A DNA stretch of 30,713 nt from an uncultured archaeon (GTDB taxonomy: Archaea > Asgardarchaeota > Thorarchaeia > Thorarchaeales > Thorarchaeaceae), in assembly GCA_964610875.1 (NCBI GenBank), contig CAZSWP010000044.1, positions 1 to 30,713 of the forward strand, read 5' to 3'. The notes under the pieces are model-generated. The model ran no database searches and was not told the origin of the DNA. It was given only the letters and a program-made list of their open reading frames with translations. Of this stretch, positions 7,241-19,000 are shown piece after piece; positions within the stretch are counted from its first letter, which is position 1, and each line of letters begins with the position of its first letter. The position numbers and the translations under genes are program-made.

Positions 7241-8212
7241 CTAATTTGACGGAGGACCAGGTGTGATTTCCAGTTCCCTTACAAATTCTTTGTAACGATT
7301 ACGAACCGTCACTTCTGTTACGCCTGCAGCTGCTGCAATCTCTCTTTGTGTGGCACGATTCTCAGTTAGAATGGATGCAATATAGATGGCAGCGGCTGCA
7401 AGACCTCGCGGATCTCTTCCGGTCAACAGACGCCCATGTTCTTTAGCATCCTGAAGAATATTAAGAACCACATTCTGCATGTTACCACTCACTGATAATT
7501 GGGAGAGGATTTTTGGTACATAGCTCTTAGGATCAGGAATAGGCATTTTCAACTTCATTTTGCGAGCTAGAAGACGATAGTGTCGTCCAATCTTTTTCTT
7601 ACTAATTCTCGAATAATGTGCAATTTCCTCTAATGAACGAGGAATCTGTCGTAATCTGCATGCCGCATAAATTGCAGCTGCCACCATTGCCTCAATCGAC
7701 CTACTACGAATAAGCCGTTTGAGTATGGCTTTTCGATACAACATTGCTGCGAGTTCTTTTACACTCTTCTTCAACTCCATCTGAGACGCTAATCTATCCA
7801 TCTCAGATAATGCTTGAGCCAAGTTCCTTTCAGCAGAACTGTGTATACGGGTTCGTATCTGCCATTTTCTCAAACGATGAATCTCAGCACGTCGCTTCCC
7901 AGAGAGTTTTCTTCCTGATGAATCCCGATCACGCCAGTCTATACGTGTCGAGAGACCCTTGTCATGAATTGTATATCTTGTTGGTGCACCAGTTCTTGCT
8001 CGTGACCGCTTTTCTTCAGCAGTAAAGGCTCTCCATTCGGGACCCATATCGATACTGCGTTCGCTAACAACTAATCCACAGCTGGCACAAACCAGTTCAC
8101 CTGTTCTGGGTTTTCGTATAGCTTTTGTTCCAGAGCATTCGGAACATCTAAACTCTTCACTCTCTCTAGTACTTCTTTTTCGCTCTTTGGGATGGGTTGG
8201 TCCAGACTTCAT
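7241..8212 (-). CDS. tfb: Transcription initiation factor IIB (start uncertain, ORF open to 8281)
   Basis: Zn ribbon CSEC..GELVCASCG, GPEWRAF, two cyclin folds, GVTEVTVRNRYKE. Confidence 0.95.
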   Translation of the reverse strand: MKSGPTHPKERKRSTRESEEFRCSECSGTKAIRKPRTGELVCASCGLVVSERSIDMGPEWRAFTAEEKRSRARTGAPTRYTIHDKGLSTRIDWRDRDSSGRKLSGKRRAEIHRLRKWQIRTRIHSSAERNLAQALSEMDRLASQMELKKSVKELAAMLYRKAILKRLIRSRSIEAMVAAAIYAACRLRQIPRSLEEIAHYSRISKKKIGRHYRLLARKMKLKMPIPDPKSYVPKILSQLSVSGNMQNVVLNILQDAKEHGRLLTGRDPRGLAAAAIYIASILTENRATQREIAAAAGVTEVTVRNRYKEFVRELEITPGPPSN

Positions 8213-8378
8213 TACATAAATCCTGCATTCTTGGACTGCTTCTGATGGATTATTCGAAATCACCAATACTGGTATCATCAATCTCTTGAGGTCAGTAAGG
8301 TCTCTTACTATAGTCCAATTATCATTTAACGCGAGGGCATATTAAACCCACGACACATGCCAATATGGTGTTGTTCAG

Positions 8379-8621
8379 CTATAGCTTCGTCAGAAACTCC
8401 TCAGCTTGTTCTTCCCACTCTCTGCTTCGTATTACTACTTCTCTTCCTTCAGTGGAGTTATTGATTTGGACAGTAATGAAACCAGAGTCGTTAAGAAATT
8501 CAATACAACAATCGGATGGTTCGGTCTGTAGTCTAAATCCAAATTTCCCCTCAAAGAAGTCGCGTGCTCTAGTAATTACCTCTTCATTAGTAATCTTAAT
8601 CTTCTTTGATAGTACTTTCAT
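8379..8621 (-). CDS. Hypothetical protein
   Basis: Clean 80-aa ORF; its C-terminus has a paralogous fragment at 14935-15000. Confidence 0.7.
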   Translation of the reverse strand: MKVLSKKIKITNEEVITRARDFFEGKFGFRLQTEPSDCCIEFLNDSGFITVQINNSTEGREVVIRSREWEEQAEEFLTKL

Positions 8622-8749
8622 AATTCTTCATTATACTGAATTTACTGAGATATATACTATTTTTGATATGTAACAATTGTCCATCTTCAGATATATTACA
8701 TCAAGAGTAATTTTCAAATTGATGCCATTCAACAAACATCTGAATTGAA

Positions 8750-9085
8750 ATGACAACAGAATCATATCCTGATTGTATCAAGAATCTTCCCATGGCTAAG
8801 ATTCCTTTCAAAGGTGTCAAGGCATGGATTGCACAAGGCGAGAGTCATCAAGTAGGTTTTTTCGAAATTGAACCAATAGGAGAGGTAGCTCCGCACAGTC
8901 ATGGTGCTCAGTTTGGATTTGTCATTGATGGAGAGATGCGATTGACTATTGGTGATGAAACAAAATTGTACAAGAAGGGGGATTCATACTATATTCCCGA
9001 AGGGGTCGTGCACTCTGCAAAATTCGTAACACAGTGTAAGCTAATGGATTTCTTTGATGAACCTCATAGGTATGAAACTCAATGA
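8750..9085 (+). CDS. Cupin-domain protein
   Basis: PHSH..QFGFVIDG and GDSYYIPEGVVHSA cupin motifs. Confidence 0.9.
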   Translation: MTTESYPDCIKNLPMAKIPFKGVKAWIAQGESHQVGFFEIEPIGEVAPHSHGAQFGFVIDGEMRLTIGDETKLYKKGDSYYIPEGVVHSAKFVTQCKLMDFFDEPHRYETQ

Positions 9086-9361
9086 CATAACCAAAAGAAG
9101 TAGACACATGATAAATATGTCAACCTAAACGCAGACATAATACTTGTCAGAAAACAAGACCCGATATAAACCAAGACAGTAATTGCTGCATCAAACGACA
9201 ATGAACGAGTTTCTAGACTTTTTTACTATCAAGAATACTGAATTAGAGTAGACAGTTGAAATCTTACATCAAGTGTTAAAATTGACATGTACCAAAGTGA
9301 AGAATTATATCGTTTGAAGACGTCTTTTACCATTAGCCACTCTTTCTAGTTTAAATAACAT

Positions 9362-10615
9362 GTGAAACGGGTTTACGAGGAAGAACAATTGAGCTACACA
9401 GAAACAATCGACCATGAGGAATTTAAAAGTGGCAGAAAAGAAACACAGAACGTCATTATTTTTGGTGTATTGACTCTATTAACAGTGATCGCAGCGTCAA
9501 TTCTTCACGTTAATCAACCAGAGTTTATCTTGGACCGGTTTGCGGGCATATCTGAATTTGATTATTCATTATTTGATACCGTTCTGTATGTCGCATACCT
9601 TCTTGGAGGATTAGTAATAGGAGTGGTTTCAGACCGATGGAAAAAACGTAAATTGTTCTTATTAGTGGGAACACTTGGATCTGCCACATTCTATTGGCTA
9701 ATGCCCACAGCAATGTCATATGATTTACTTTTAACATACAGATTCTTACAGGGAATTTTTACAGTAATGGTTTGGCAGACTCTTATGACTCTTTCAATTG
9801 ATTTCTCAAAATCTGGAAATCGTGGAAGAAATATGGGAATTTATGGCTTATTTTTGGCTTTAGCCATGGGCCTTGGCCCCGCATTGGGAGGAATTGTGGC
9901 ATCATATGGTGTATTCCTACCATACTATATGTCTACATTATTGAGCATATTTGTGTTCATTTTCTCATCTGTATCTGTTGGAGATCCTGTCGATCTCGTA
10001 AAACGTCCTACTCTACAAGAGAGCTTATCAATTGTACAGCGCCAGCCAAAATTAATAATCCCTGGACTCTTTAATTTGATAGACCGTCTTCATATGGGAT
10101 TTCTCCTTACAGCAATTCCGCTCTTTTTATCCTTGATTTTGGGATTGTCAGAATCACTTAGGGGTTTTACACTTGCAATCTTTGCTCTTCCATTCATATT
10201 ACTTCAATATCCAGTAGGAAAACTTTCAGATACCTACGGAAGATACCAAATTCTTATCGTTGGAAGTCTTGGATACGGAATTGTTCTTTCACTGCTTGCA
10301 TATTTTGGTGCTATTGGATTCTCAGCATTTTTGCTGATGCTCATTGTGCTAGGGATATTCTCAGGAGTCACAGCTCCTCCATCTATGGCACTTGTTGGAG
10401 ATAGTGTTGAGCAACAAGACACAGCAATGGGAATGGGGTTCTTCAACTTCTTTGGAAATATTGGAATGGTCATCGGTCCTATTTTATTTGGAGCTCTAGT
10501 TTTCTTTTATGATTTCTTTACAGCATTTTTAGTAGCAGGTTGTCTAGAGATATTTGTGCTATTAGTGAATATCATCTTGATCAAGGTGGTAGTTAGAGAG
10601 AACCTACATCATTGA
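9362..10615 (+). CDS. MFS transporter
   Basis: About 12 TM helices; GVVSDRWKKR and GKLSDTYGR motif A. Confidence 0.92.
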   Translation: MKRVYEEEQLSYTETIDHEEFKSGRKETQNVIIFGVLTLLTVIAASILHVNQPEFILDRFAGISEFDYSLFDTVLYVAYLLGGLVIGVVSDRWKKRKLFLLVGTLGSATFYWLMPTAMSYDLLLTYRFLQGIFTVMVWQTLMTLSIDFSKSGNRGRNMGIYGLFLALAMGLGPALGGIVASYGVFLPYYMSTLLSIFVFIFSSVSVGDPVDLVKRPTLQESLSIVQRQPKLIIPGLFNLIDRLHMGFLLTAIPLFLSLILGLSESLRGFTLAIFALPFILLQYPVGKLSDTYGRYQILIVGSLGYGIVLSLLAYFGAIGFSAFLLMLIVLGIFSGVTAPPSMALVGDSVEQQDTAMGMGFFNFFGNIGMVIGPILFGALVFFYDFFTAFLVAGCLEIFVLLVNIILIKVVVRENLHH

Positions 10616-10671
10616 ATACTAAGAAACGTTTTCCAAGCATTGTGATGGGAAGAATTGAGGGGCCATATCTA

Positions 10672-11103
10672 TTAGAAATCCCCCAGACGATTCTCTCCAC
10701 TGATACCCTGAAGGGGTGTGAGGTTTATGGTAGTTTCAAGTGTTCCAAGGTAATCCCCCTTTTCAGATCGTATTGCAAAATATCGGATCAGTAACTTTCG
10801 GGGCTCGTCCCCATCTGGGAGGTCCAACCAAAAATCCACATGCTCTTTCTTTCCACTTTTTAATACCTCAATAACCTTCTCAACTTTGTCAAGGCTGTCT
10901 TTTGGATGACACATCCTGACATTTCTACCAATGACGCCAGGCCCTCTTTTGAAAATTCTAACACCATGCTGATTCCAGAAGAGAACATTGTCATCCGCAT
11001 CAAGTACTGAAAATTCCATTGGAAAAGTATCGAGCATTGCAGCAAGAAAATCAGTTGGCATTCTTTCTAATGCATCTAGAAGTGGCTTAATAGACATCGT
11101 CAA
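10672..11103 (-). CDS. Stand-alone PAS-domain protein (DUF438/PAS_10 type)
   Basis: P.EFSVLDADD.V.FWN, IGRNVRMCHP, IRYFAIR..G.YLGTLE. Confidence 0.85.
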   Translation of the reverse strand: MTMSIKPLLDALERMPTDFLAAMLDTFPMEFSVLDADDNVLFWNQHGVRIFKRGPGVIGRNVRMCHPKDSLDKVEKVIEVLKSGKKEHVDFWLDLPDGDEPRKLLIRYFAIRSEKGDYLGTLETTINLTPLQGISGENRLGDF

Positions 11104-11352
11104 TATACCTCTTGAACTTCATTTAACCTCTGTCCTATAATAATCTGTTCAAGCATCGGAATTACGTTTAACAGTATTTAAGTGTAGTATCGTGGTTGGT
11201 ATTCCGGATTATGTACTTTGTTGAAGAGGGATGTATTTCTCCTTCTTTCCAATCAGCGCTCTGGTATAGTTCTTTTATCTAATACTCACTCTTGATTATA
11301 CAACCATTCTGGTCTAATTCGGTTGAAAACTAATGCACACTATAGACGATAT

Positions 11353-11661
11353 CTATTTCACTCCAAGCTTTTCCATTATCTCTTCAACTTCTTCCATACC
11401 TTCCTTGTAGAATCCCTCTTCATCAGGAGCAAGGTAATAGAGAAGTTTCAAGAACTCACCTGCATGAACTCTCTCTTCGTCAGCGATGTCAATCAAAACT
11501 TCTTTTGCTAGTTCGTCATCGATTGATTCTGCGAGTTGCATGTATAACTGAATAGCTTCGTATTCAGCGGCAATCATAAATCTGATTGCACGTACCAATT
11601 CTGGTTTTGTCAATTTGCGTTCTTTCGCTAAGGCATCAAAAGGGTGTCCAAATTCTGGCAT
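11353..11661 (-). CDS. Short ferritin-like/rubrerythrin-family protein
   Basis: AAEYEAIQLY..DIADEERVHAGEF di-iron motif. Confidence 0.88.
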   Translation of the reverse strand: MPEFGHPFDALAKERKLTKPELVRAIRFMIAAEYEAIQLYMQLAESIDDELAKEVLIDIADEERVHAGEFLKLLYYLAPDEEGFYKEGMEEVEEIMEKLGVK

Positions 11662-11783
11662 ATATAATCAGTATAATAGTATTTTGAGGTATTATATAAC
11701 TATTATCATTTATCAGGGAACTGATAAAATTCCTTTAGCGATAAATAAATAAGATAGAACCTTTTAATATAATATATTAGTAG

Positions 11784-12803
11784 ATGTGTTTGTATTTGAA
11801 GTTTGAAGGATTATTGGAACTTAAAGGTCTGTTTTTTGCAAAGATATCATCGGAAGATGAGATGGAATGGTTGTCAACTCGGATAGTAGACGTCGAAGAA
11901 GGCATCAAACTTGCTCTGAAAAAAATAGCGACCCGTTTGATAGAGAAAGACAGCTCACGTAGGTCCTATGGTGGCGTCTTCAGAGAGAACATGGCACCGT
12001 GGGAGAACATATCGCGCGAACTATTCCGACTTAGAACAATCAGACTCCCCGAAGATTATGACGTGTTTGAAGATACGGCAGTTGCAATTACACTTAAGTA
12101 TGCAGATTCCATTGATAGTAGGTCGAATATAGGTTCTCTTTTCATTGCAGTACTTAGTCAAGGAAATCATAATATCATTGCAATGATCAGTATGGACCAA
12201 ATGATATCGAATCATTTTGAATTAGATTCCGTCAATAAAATACTCAGTAAACGCCCATCACAGTCAATGCTACTAGATAGAACTCACTTTCAAAAGGGAA
12301 CAATTTACCCCCATCCTTTCATATCAGCATTTGATATGAAAGTCATAGAGAAGAACACCTCTGTATACTACAAGGACCTTCTCTGTATAACTAGAGTCTA
12401 TGAACTTGGTCCGTTTTTGGATCTCTTAGAAGATGCGTCAAATACAGTAAGAGGTCATACTTTGAAAATAGGGGAGATAACCAAATTATTCCAATTACTT
12501 CGCGCTGCGGCTGCGAAAGGAGATACGATTCTGAAAGGAAACAACCTTGATGCCGTGATTACCAAGTTTGTCCTAGATGATAATGGAGAGAGAATCAAGA
12601 ATCACTTGAAAGCAGAAGGTGTCAATAGTGTTCTGGTCAACAGAGATATGCTTGGAAGCATAGATCTTCGAATAGAATTAGACATGGGAGTCCTAGAGGG
12701 AAAAGCAGATGATCTACTGACATCCATGATCCACCGAGGATATCCAGGAGGACAAGTGATCAGCGTTGCAAGCAATGATGTGGAAACAGACATGGAAGAC
12801 TAA
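11784..12803 (+). CDS. Hypothetical protein (start uncertain)
   Basis: 339-aa ORF, no motif recognised. Confidence 0.7.
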   Translation: MCLYLKFEGLLELKGLFFAKISSEDEMEWLSTRIVDVEEGIKLALKKIATRLIEKDSSRRSYGGVFRENMAPWENISRELFRLRTIRLPEDYDVFEDTAVAITLKYADSIDSRSNIGSLFIAVLSQGNHNIIAMISMDQMISNHFELDSVNKILSKRPSQSMLLDRTHFQKGTIYPHPFISAFDMKVIEKNTSVYYKDLLCITRVYELGPFLDLLEDASNTVRGHTLKIGEITKLFQLLRAAAAKGDTILKGNNLDAVITKFVLDDNGERIKNHLKAEGVNSVLVNRDMLGSIDLRIELDMGVLEGKADDLLTSMIHRGYPGGQVISVASNDVETDMED

Positions 12804-12850
12804 ACAAATGCGAGAATTTAAGTACATTATTTAATATAGTTAATTGATAG

Positions 12851-13096
12851 TTGAGAGAAATGAAGAGTGCATATGGAAAGATTGTGTCATCTCAAGTTGA
12901 ACCCTATGAAAGCCCAAGAACATCCCACGGCATAATAACAATCCAAATACCAAGTAAGGATTACATGAAGTTCAATGTGGATGCATATACAAATTATGAC
13001 ACCCTAGATGAAGGAAAAACTGTTACTGTTGAATACGAAGAGAAACCAGACACACTTGAGCTATTTGCCAAGAGAATTGTAGAGAGAAACGACTGA
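12851..13096 (+). CDS. Small hypothetical beta-rich (OB-like) protein
   Basis: Paralogue of 29519-29764 (D.YT.YDTL..G). Confidence 0.75.
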   Translation: MREMKSAYGKIVSSQVEPYESPRTSHGIITIQIPSKDYMKFNVDAYTNYDTLDEGKTVTVEYEEKPDTLELFAKRIVERND

Positions 13097-13112
13097 AAAG
13101 CAATCATTTGAG

Positions 13113-14324
13113 GTGTGCTATGTGAAGCGAAGATGGAAAATTGCACAGGAGGACGAGATTCTTTCAGGACGTACTACTGATACATACTTTGAACGGACAG
13201 TCGAAGTACTGAATGGAGAGAATATTGATCCAATTGTACATGCCGAAGTCACTGTATCGGGTATTCCACAAGGTTTCGAGTGGGCATTTGTTGCTGGAAT
13301 AAATGATGCCTTGGAACTGTTTAAGGATAAGTCACTGAACATAGGAGGCCTTCCGGAAGGAACACTGTTCTATCCTAGAGATAAGAGTGGTATCAAAGTA
13401 CCTGTTTTCACAATTGAAGGACACTACTCGGAATTTGCTGTTCTTGAAACACCAATGCTTGGTTTCATCTGTCACACTTCAGGTATGGTCACGAAGACGA
13501 CACATATCAGATTAGCTGCTGGTGATAAGGACTTGCTCTCTTTTGGAGCAAGACGAACGCATCCAGCAATCACACCACAAGTAGAGTATGCAGCCTATAT
13601 TGGCGGTTGTGATGGAGTGTCCTGTGTTCTTGGTGCAGAATTACTTGATATCGAACCATCAGGCACTATGCCACATGCTTTGGTGATCAGTTTTGAAGAC
13701 CAGGTCAAAGCATGGAAAGCCTTTGACAGGCATGTTGCAAAAAATGTCCCTAGGATTGCAATAGTGGACACATACTCGGATGAAGTGCATGAAGCAGTAT
13801 TGGCTGCAGAAAACATACCCAACCTCATGGGTGTTCGAATCGACACAACAAGTAGTCGACGGGGCAGTCTCCGCAGAATTATCCAAGAAGTAAGGTGGGA
13901 ACTTGATGTTCGTGGATTTTCAGACATTAAGATTTTTGCCAGTGGAGGCCTTGGCATAGAAGAGCTTGTAAGCTTACAAGATGTCCCTGTTGATGGATAT
14001 GGTGTCGGGGGTGCGATAAGTAATGCACCGGCAATAGATTTCGCCATGGATATTGTTTCAATAAAGAAAGACCAGAAATGGATGCCTGCAGCAAAGAAGG
14101 GCAAATTCTCGGGAAGAAAGATAGTATGGCGTTGTGAACAATGTATGGATGTGCGAGTCACACAAGAAGGCAATGAAGCCCCAATCTGTCTGAATTGTGA
14201 TCAGAAGACTGTGAAACTGACAACAGAACTTGTCAAAGGGGGTAAGACTATGCATCGAAAAAAAGAACCCCATGAGATTAGAGAACATGTACTGAAACAA
14301 TTGGAGCGTGTTAGTCTAGAATGA
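13113..14324 (+). CDS. pncB: Nicotinate phosphoribosyltransferase
   Basis: TDTYF, SFGARRTHP, GTMPHA, VDTY, GVRIDT, SGG motifs; C-terminal CxxC..CxxC. Confidence 0.93.
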   Translation: MCYVKRRWKIAQEDEILSGRTTDTYFERTVEVLNGENIDPIVHAEVTVSGIPQGFEWAFVAGINDALELFKDKSLNIGGLPEGTLFYPRDKSGIKVPVFTIEGHYSEFAVLETPMLGFICHTSGMVTKTTHIRLAAGDKDLLSFGARRTHPAITPQVEYAAYIGGCDGVSCVLGAELLDIEPSGTMPHALVISFEDQVKAWKAFDRHVAKNVPRIAIVDTYSDEVHEAVLAAENIPNLMGVRIDTTSSRRGSLRRIIQEVRWELDVRGFSDIKIFASGGLGIEELVSLQDVPVDGYGVGGAISNAPAIDFAMDIVSIKKDQKWMPAAKKGKFSGRKIVWRCEQCMDVRVTQEGNEAPICLNCDQKTVKLTTELVKGGKTMHRKKEPHEIREHVLKQLERVSLE

Positions 14325-14884
14325 AGGATATAGATAGTGAGAAGACGTGTTTGATAGTAGTAGATATGCTGAATGATTTTGTACGAGAAGGTGGAGCACT
14401 GGTTGTTCCGGATGCTAAAGAGCTCATCGCACCTCAGCAGATGTTGCTTGAACGAGCTCGGGAGGAAGGTATCAAAATAGTCTACCTTGCAGACCATCAT
14501 CTCCCTGATGATGATGAGTTTTCAAAATGGCCTCCTCATGCAATAAGAGGCACTGAAGGGGCAGAAGTTATAGATGAGCTAAGACCAGAGGAAGAAGACC
14601 GCCTCATCCCCAAGAGACGCTATTCAGGATTCTTCGGGACTGAACTCGATTTGATTTTGAGAGAGAATGATATTGAGAATGTAATCCTTGTAGGCGTTTT
14701 GACAGATATCTGTGTGATGTATACATCAGCAGATGCATCTGCGAGAGGATACAATGTTACAGTTGTTGAAGATGCAACAGCTAGTGTTACTAAAGAGAGA
14801 CATCAATTCGCACTCAACCACATGAAAGAAGTACACGGTACCACTCTGATGATAACAGAAGAAATTCTAGAATTGATGGAGTAG
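14321..14884 (+). CDS. pncA: Isochorismatase-family cysteine hydrolase, probably nicotinamidase
   Basis: VVDMLNDF, D.H, WPPH, KRRYSGF, TDICV; overlaps pncB. Confidence 0.85.
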   Translation: MKDIDSEKTCLIVVDMLNDFVREGGALVVPDAKELIAPQQMLLERAREEGIKIVYLADHHLPDDDEFSKWPPHAIRGTEGAEVIDELRPEEEDRLIPKRRYSGFFGTELDLILRENDIENVILVGVLTDICVMYTSADASARGYNVTVVEDATASVTKERHQFALNHMKEVHGTTLMITEEILELME

Positions 14885-14934
14885 TGGTCTATTAGCTAGT
14901 CATATGTGTCATTTTGAACTGTGACCATATTTCA

Positions 14935-15000
14935 CTAAAGATTCAATAAGAAATCTTCAGCTTGTTTTTCCCATTCCCGAGCCCTAACAGTGACCTCGCG
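14935..15000 (-). pseudogene. 3' fragment of a paralogue of 8379-8621
   Basis: REVTVRAREWEKQAEDFLLNL* versus REVVIRSREWEEQAEEFLTKL*. Confidence 0.7.
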
Positions 15001-15277
15001 TTTTTCGCCCCCATATGTGCTCTTCAATAAGCTCATTCATGATTCGGGTATCTTCTTCATTCATTTTCTTTTTGGCTAAATCGCGAAAGAGAATCTCTTC
15101 CTCCTTACCATGATGGCATCGATCTGCATATACACTGATGAAGTCCACTGCAGAATCAATAAATTCTGGATTCACATTCTTCTCTTTCTCAATTCAGATG
15201 ATTTCTTTCTTCATGAGTTCAATCATTCTCTCAATCAAACGATGTTCAATCATGAGAGGTCCTATTGGTAATACCAT
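15000..15277 (-). pseudogene. Hemerythrin-domain gene, in-frame stop and 3' truncated
   Basis: LMIEHRLIER..YADRCHHGKEEEILF..EEH; TGA at 15194-15196. Confidence 0.85.
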
Positions 15278-15348
15278 TTCACTGCCTCATCTGATATTCA
15301 ATCAGACCTTGCATAAATAACATATCACCAGACAAAAATCATCCTTAG

Positions 15349-15600
15349 TTACATACTATTTTGGTTTACTTTCATGTCATAATCAAAATGATGAATTCGA
15401 CCAAGCCATTCTTGAATTAGAATTTTGAAGACACTGTCTTGATCAATGGGCAATCCATGTCCTGCTGCATCTAAAACTGCAAAGGTGTATCTTTTAAATT
15501 TGGATTCAAACTTCCAAGCATTTCGATATCCCACAGAAACATCATGGCGACCTGTAAGGATTAGTGATGGTTTCTCAAACTCATTCATATCAAGATACAT
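15349..15600 (-). pseudogene. C-terminal fragment of an alpha/beta-hydrolase
   Basis: KPSLILTGRHD..VG and VLDAAGH motifs, no nucleophile region. Confidence 0.75.
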
Positions 15601-15621
15601 CAAACAGAGATTACTGGACAA

Positions 15622-15966
15622 ATGATGATGAGGATAGTCAATTTCGAGGAGTATTGTAAATCAGTCAGTATTCCCGACAGAAATGATACGGATATTACCA
15701 TAGAGCTTGCTGATGTCCAGTGCCCATGGAATGAAGGCACATATGAACTAGTAACATCAGGGGTCGAGTTGGTCGTTGAAAAGGATAATACGTCAGGTAA
15801 GGCGGATATCACTCTTGATTCCCATCAACTCTCGATGATAGCAGGAGGCATATCTAGTCCTATAGAACTACAGAAGTATGGATTGATTCCATGCTCACAA
15901 GAAATCGCAATGAAACTTGATGCGATTTTTCCAAAAGATTCATTCATGTCTTACTTCAGGTTCTAA
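15622..15966 (+). pseudogene. C-terminal (sterol-carrier-like) part of an Eis-type acetyltransferase, probably 5' truncated
   Basis: MMRIVN, D..CPWNEG.Y.L, L....G motifs; GNAT domains absent. Confidence 0.65.
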
Positions 15967-16060
15967 AGAGTAGAGGCTGAGAAGCAATCTGTAGATGAAA
16001 ATACAGAGAGCTCCTCAGTTAGTCTGTTTGCTTAACACAACAGCACTCTATGTGTTTCAT

Positions 16061-19000
16061 TTAACCTGATTGTCGTTTTCTCAATAGCATCACTGCCATA
16101 ACTAAAACAATGATGCCGCCTCCTGCACCTGCAACAATAATTATTGTACCCAGACCATCATCAGTTGGAATATCAGATGTTGTGGTGGTTTCAGTTGTGT
16201 CATCTGTTGTTTCAGTCGTGGTGTCAGTTGTTGTATCAGTTGTAGTGGTTGTGCTTGTAGTTGTGGTGTCAGATGATGTGACAGTAACTATGACTGAGTC
16301 GCTTGAAAATAGTCCACACTCTGAATAAACAATAAGAGTGAAGTTGTATATACCAACATCAAGACCATCAAGCGATACTACAATGTTTGAACCGTCCCAT
16401 TCACCTGAGGCAGATACACTTCCATTGAGCAATATCTCATAGGAGTCCGGATATGAATCAGAAACTATCCAAGTGATTGATTCTCCTTCGGAACCTTCCG
16501 TAAAGGATACATCATCTGGATGGTTGATCTCAGGTGTACTCAGAGCCATTACCGTGAGGAATACTGTATCAGAGGAGCAATTATTACTATCAGAGAATAC
16601 AACAAGGGTCAGATTATATACACCCACTGCAAAGTCATCCACATCTATTTCAATGTCAGTGCCATCCCATTCTCCAGAGTTTTCCAGTGTTCCATTGACA
16701 TAGAACTCAAAACTATTGGGATATTGAGAAGATACGTCCCAAGACACCAGGTTACCATTAGACCCATACCAATACCAGAAATCTTCAGGTTGGTCAATCT
16801 CAGGAATGGTTCCGGTTTTCACCGTAAGGAGGACTGTATCATATGTCTGGTTGTTGCTTTGAGAATACACAAAAAGTGTTAGATAATGGAGACCGACTGA
16901 GAGACCGTCTACATCTATCTCGATATCAGTCCCATCCCATGGACCTGAGGCCTCTATTGTTCCGTTGATATAGAACTCGAAACTATCAGGGTATGTGCAA
17001 GAAGCATTCCAGACTACGGAGTGTCCATCGGTGCTATACCAATACCAGAAATCTTCAGGTTGGTCAATCTCAGGAATGCTTCTGGCTCTCACTGTCATGA
17101 AAACGGTATCTGATGCGTTATTACCACATCTAGAATACACAATAATGGTCACATTGTAGACCCCAACATCGTAACCATCCATAATTCCTTCAACACTGCT
17201 TCCGTCCCAACCATATGGACCATAGTAAGTATCATTGAGATAGACTTCCATAAAATCGGGGTCCGAAGATGCAGCATCCCACATGATAGTATTGCCTTTA
17301 TCACCATACCAGTACCAGAAATCAGCAGGATGGTCTATTGTAGGAGTCGTGATTTCAATGACTTCAATTACAACAGCGTCATGATTTGATGATGCGAAAT
17401 ATGATGTCAAGTATATTGTATAACAATAATAACCAGGAGAAAGACCATTCAGATTCACTACTACGGGACCACCGGTCCATAAACCTCCAAATTGAAACGA
17501 TTCATTCATGTAAACCTGATAGGACCGGATGTAGCTTGAAGGACTTGTCCAAGTTATAGAATTGCCAACACTTCCTTCATTAAATGTTTGATTGGCAGGA
17601 TTACTGATGACAATAGTGTAACCCGGGAGACTATTTGGAAAACCATCAATAGATCCACCTGTGCCAGGAACTTCGTATATTCCGCCACCATAGTAGTCAG
17701 ACCAAGTGTTCCCATACATGACATCATCATCCCAAAAGTTGCCAGCAGAATCATCCTGAGCGTTATTGTCGGAATTCCCACCAAACTCGTTGAGATAGAA
17801 TAAATTGTTTGTACTTGATTGGACCAGAACACCAAGTGAGTTATTGAAGAAACCACTGTTGGTAACATTACAGTTGTTTGCTCTATACAAGTTCAAACCA
17901 TGATCACAATCAATGACAAGAGTGTCATTAATGGCAACACCATCTGACCCGTAGAGATACAGACCTGTTTTAGTACTATTGATAACATTCAAACCCTCAA
18001 TCTGGAGATCATGCGAGTTCTCTGCGTATATGCTATACTTTGAACAATTCCATACTTCTGAATTAAGGATCACTGAATCTTCAGATTGATACAGATAGAG
18101 ACCATAGTATTCGGAGAAGGATGAATTCACATTGGATAACGATGCATTGTGTGATTGAGTCAAATATAATCCAGCACGTGCACTCTCCGTGACTGTGAAG
18201 TTTTCAATGGAGCAATGAGTGCTGTTGTAACTTCTCAACCCATCGTACACATCACTCAGAGAATAGTTTGCCACTGTTACATTGTAGCAAGATGCAAGGT
18301 ATAACGGAATTGAAACCTGTGCCATCTCATGTCCCTTAATTGTACTATTCTCACAGTATAGAAGGAAAATTTGCCCATAGTCCGAAGCATCAATCTGAAG
18401 TTCATGTTGATTCTTGAAGTATCCTATGGGTAACCCACCAACCGTATTGCCAGTCATTGTATGGTTATAATAAGCGATATTGTCATTGTTGATGATAATA
18501 ATACCCGTACTGCTGAATGTGTTGGAGTAAATCTCCAAATCCCGAGAAGAGAACAACCGTATACACGCAGAGTTACCTTGGACCATATTAGCTTCAAGAA
18601 TGCCACTACTGATACTGGACAATGAGATTCCTACATCACTAGCAACAATTTCATTATCTATTATACTGAAATTCTGACATCTGTATAGTTGAATCGCATC
18701 TTCAATATCATCGACCAATATGTTATCTTCAAGACGGATATTATCAGACCAAGAAGCGTAAATCGCATTGTCAGACATTTTTGACATAGTGTTGTTTGTT
18801 ACGATACAGTCGTATGAATCTTGGATCGATATCCCATCATGTGTGATGTTCAAGGCCTCGTTTTTGTTAATGATAGAATTATCAGAATATTGCAAATGGA
18901 ATCCTGTACCATACCCTTCAGCATAGCAATCGGTGATATTCATTGATGTCGAATGGTCACCAGAGACTGCTACTCCATTATAGCTCTCATAATAGAATTG

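Noticed and set aside
13595-14173. 192-aa antisense ORF and other overlapping short ORFs
   Set aside because: Shadow frames of well-supported genes.
15194-15196. Selenocysteine readthrough in hemerythrin
   Set aside because: The TGA is not at a Cys/ligand position and the gene is also truncated, so pseudogene is the simpler explanation.
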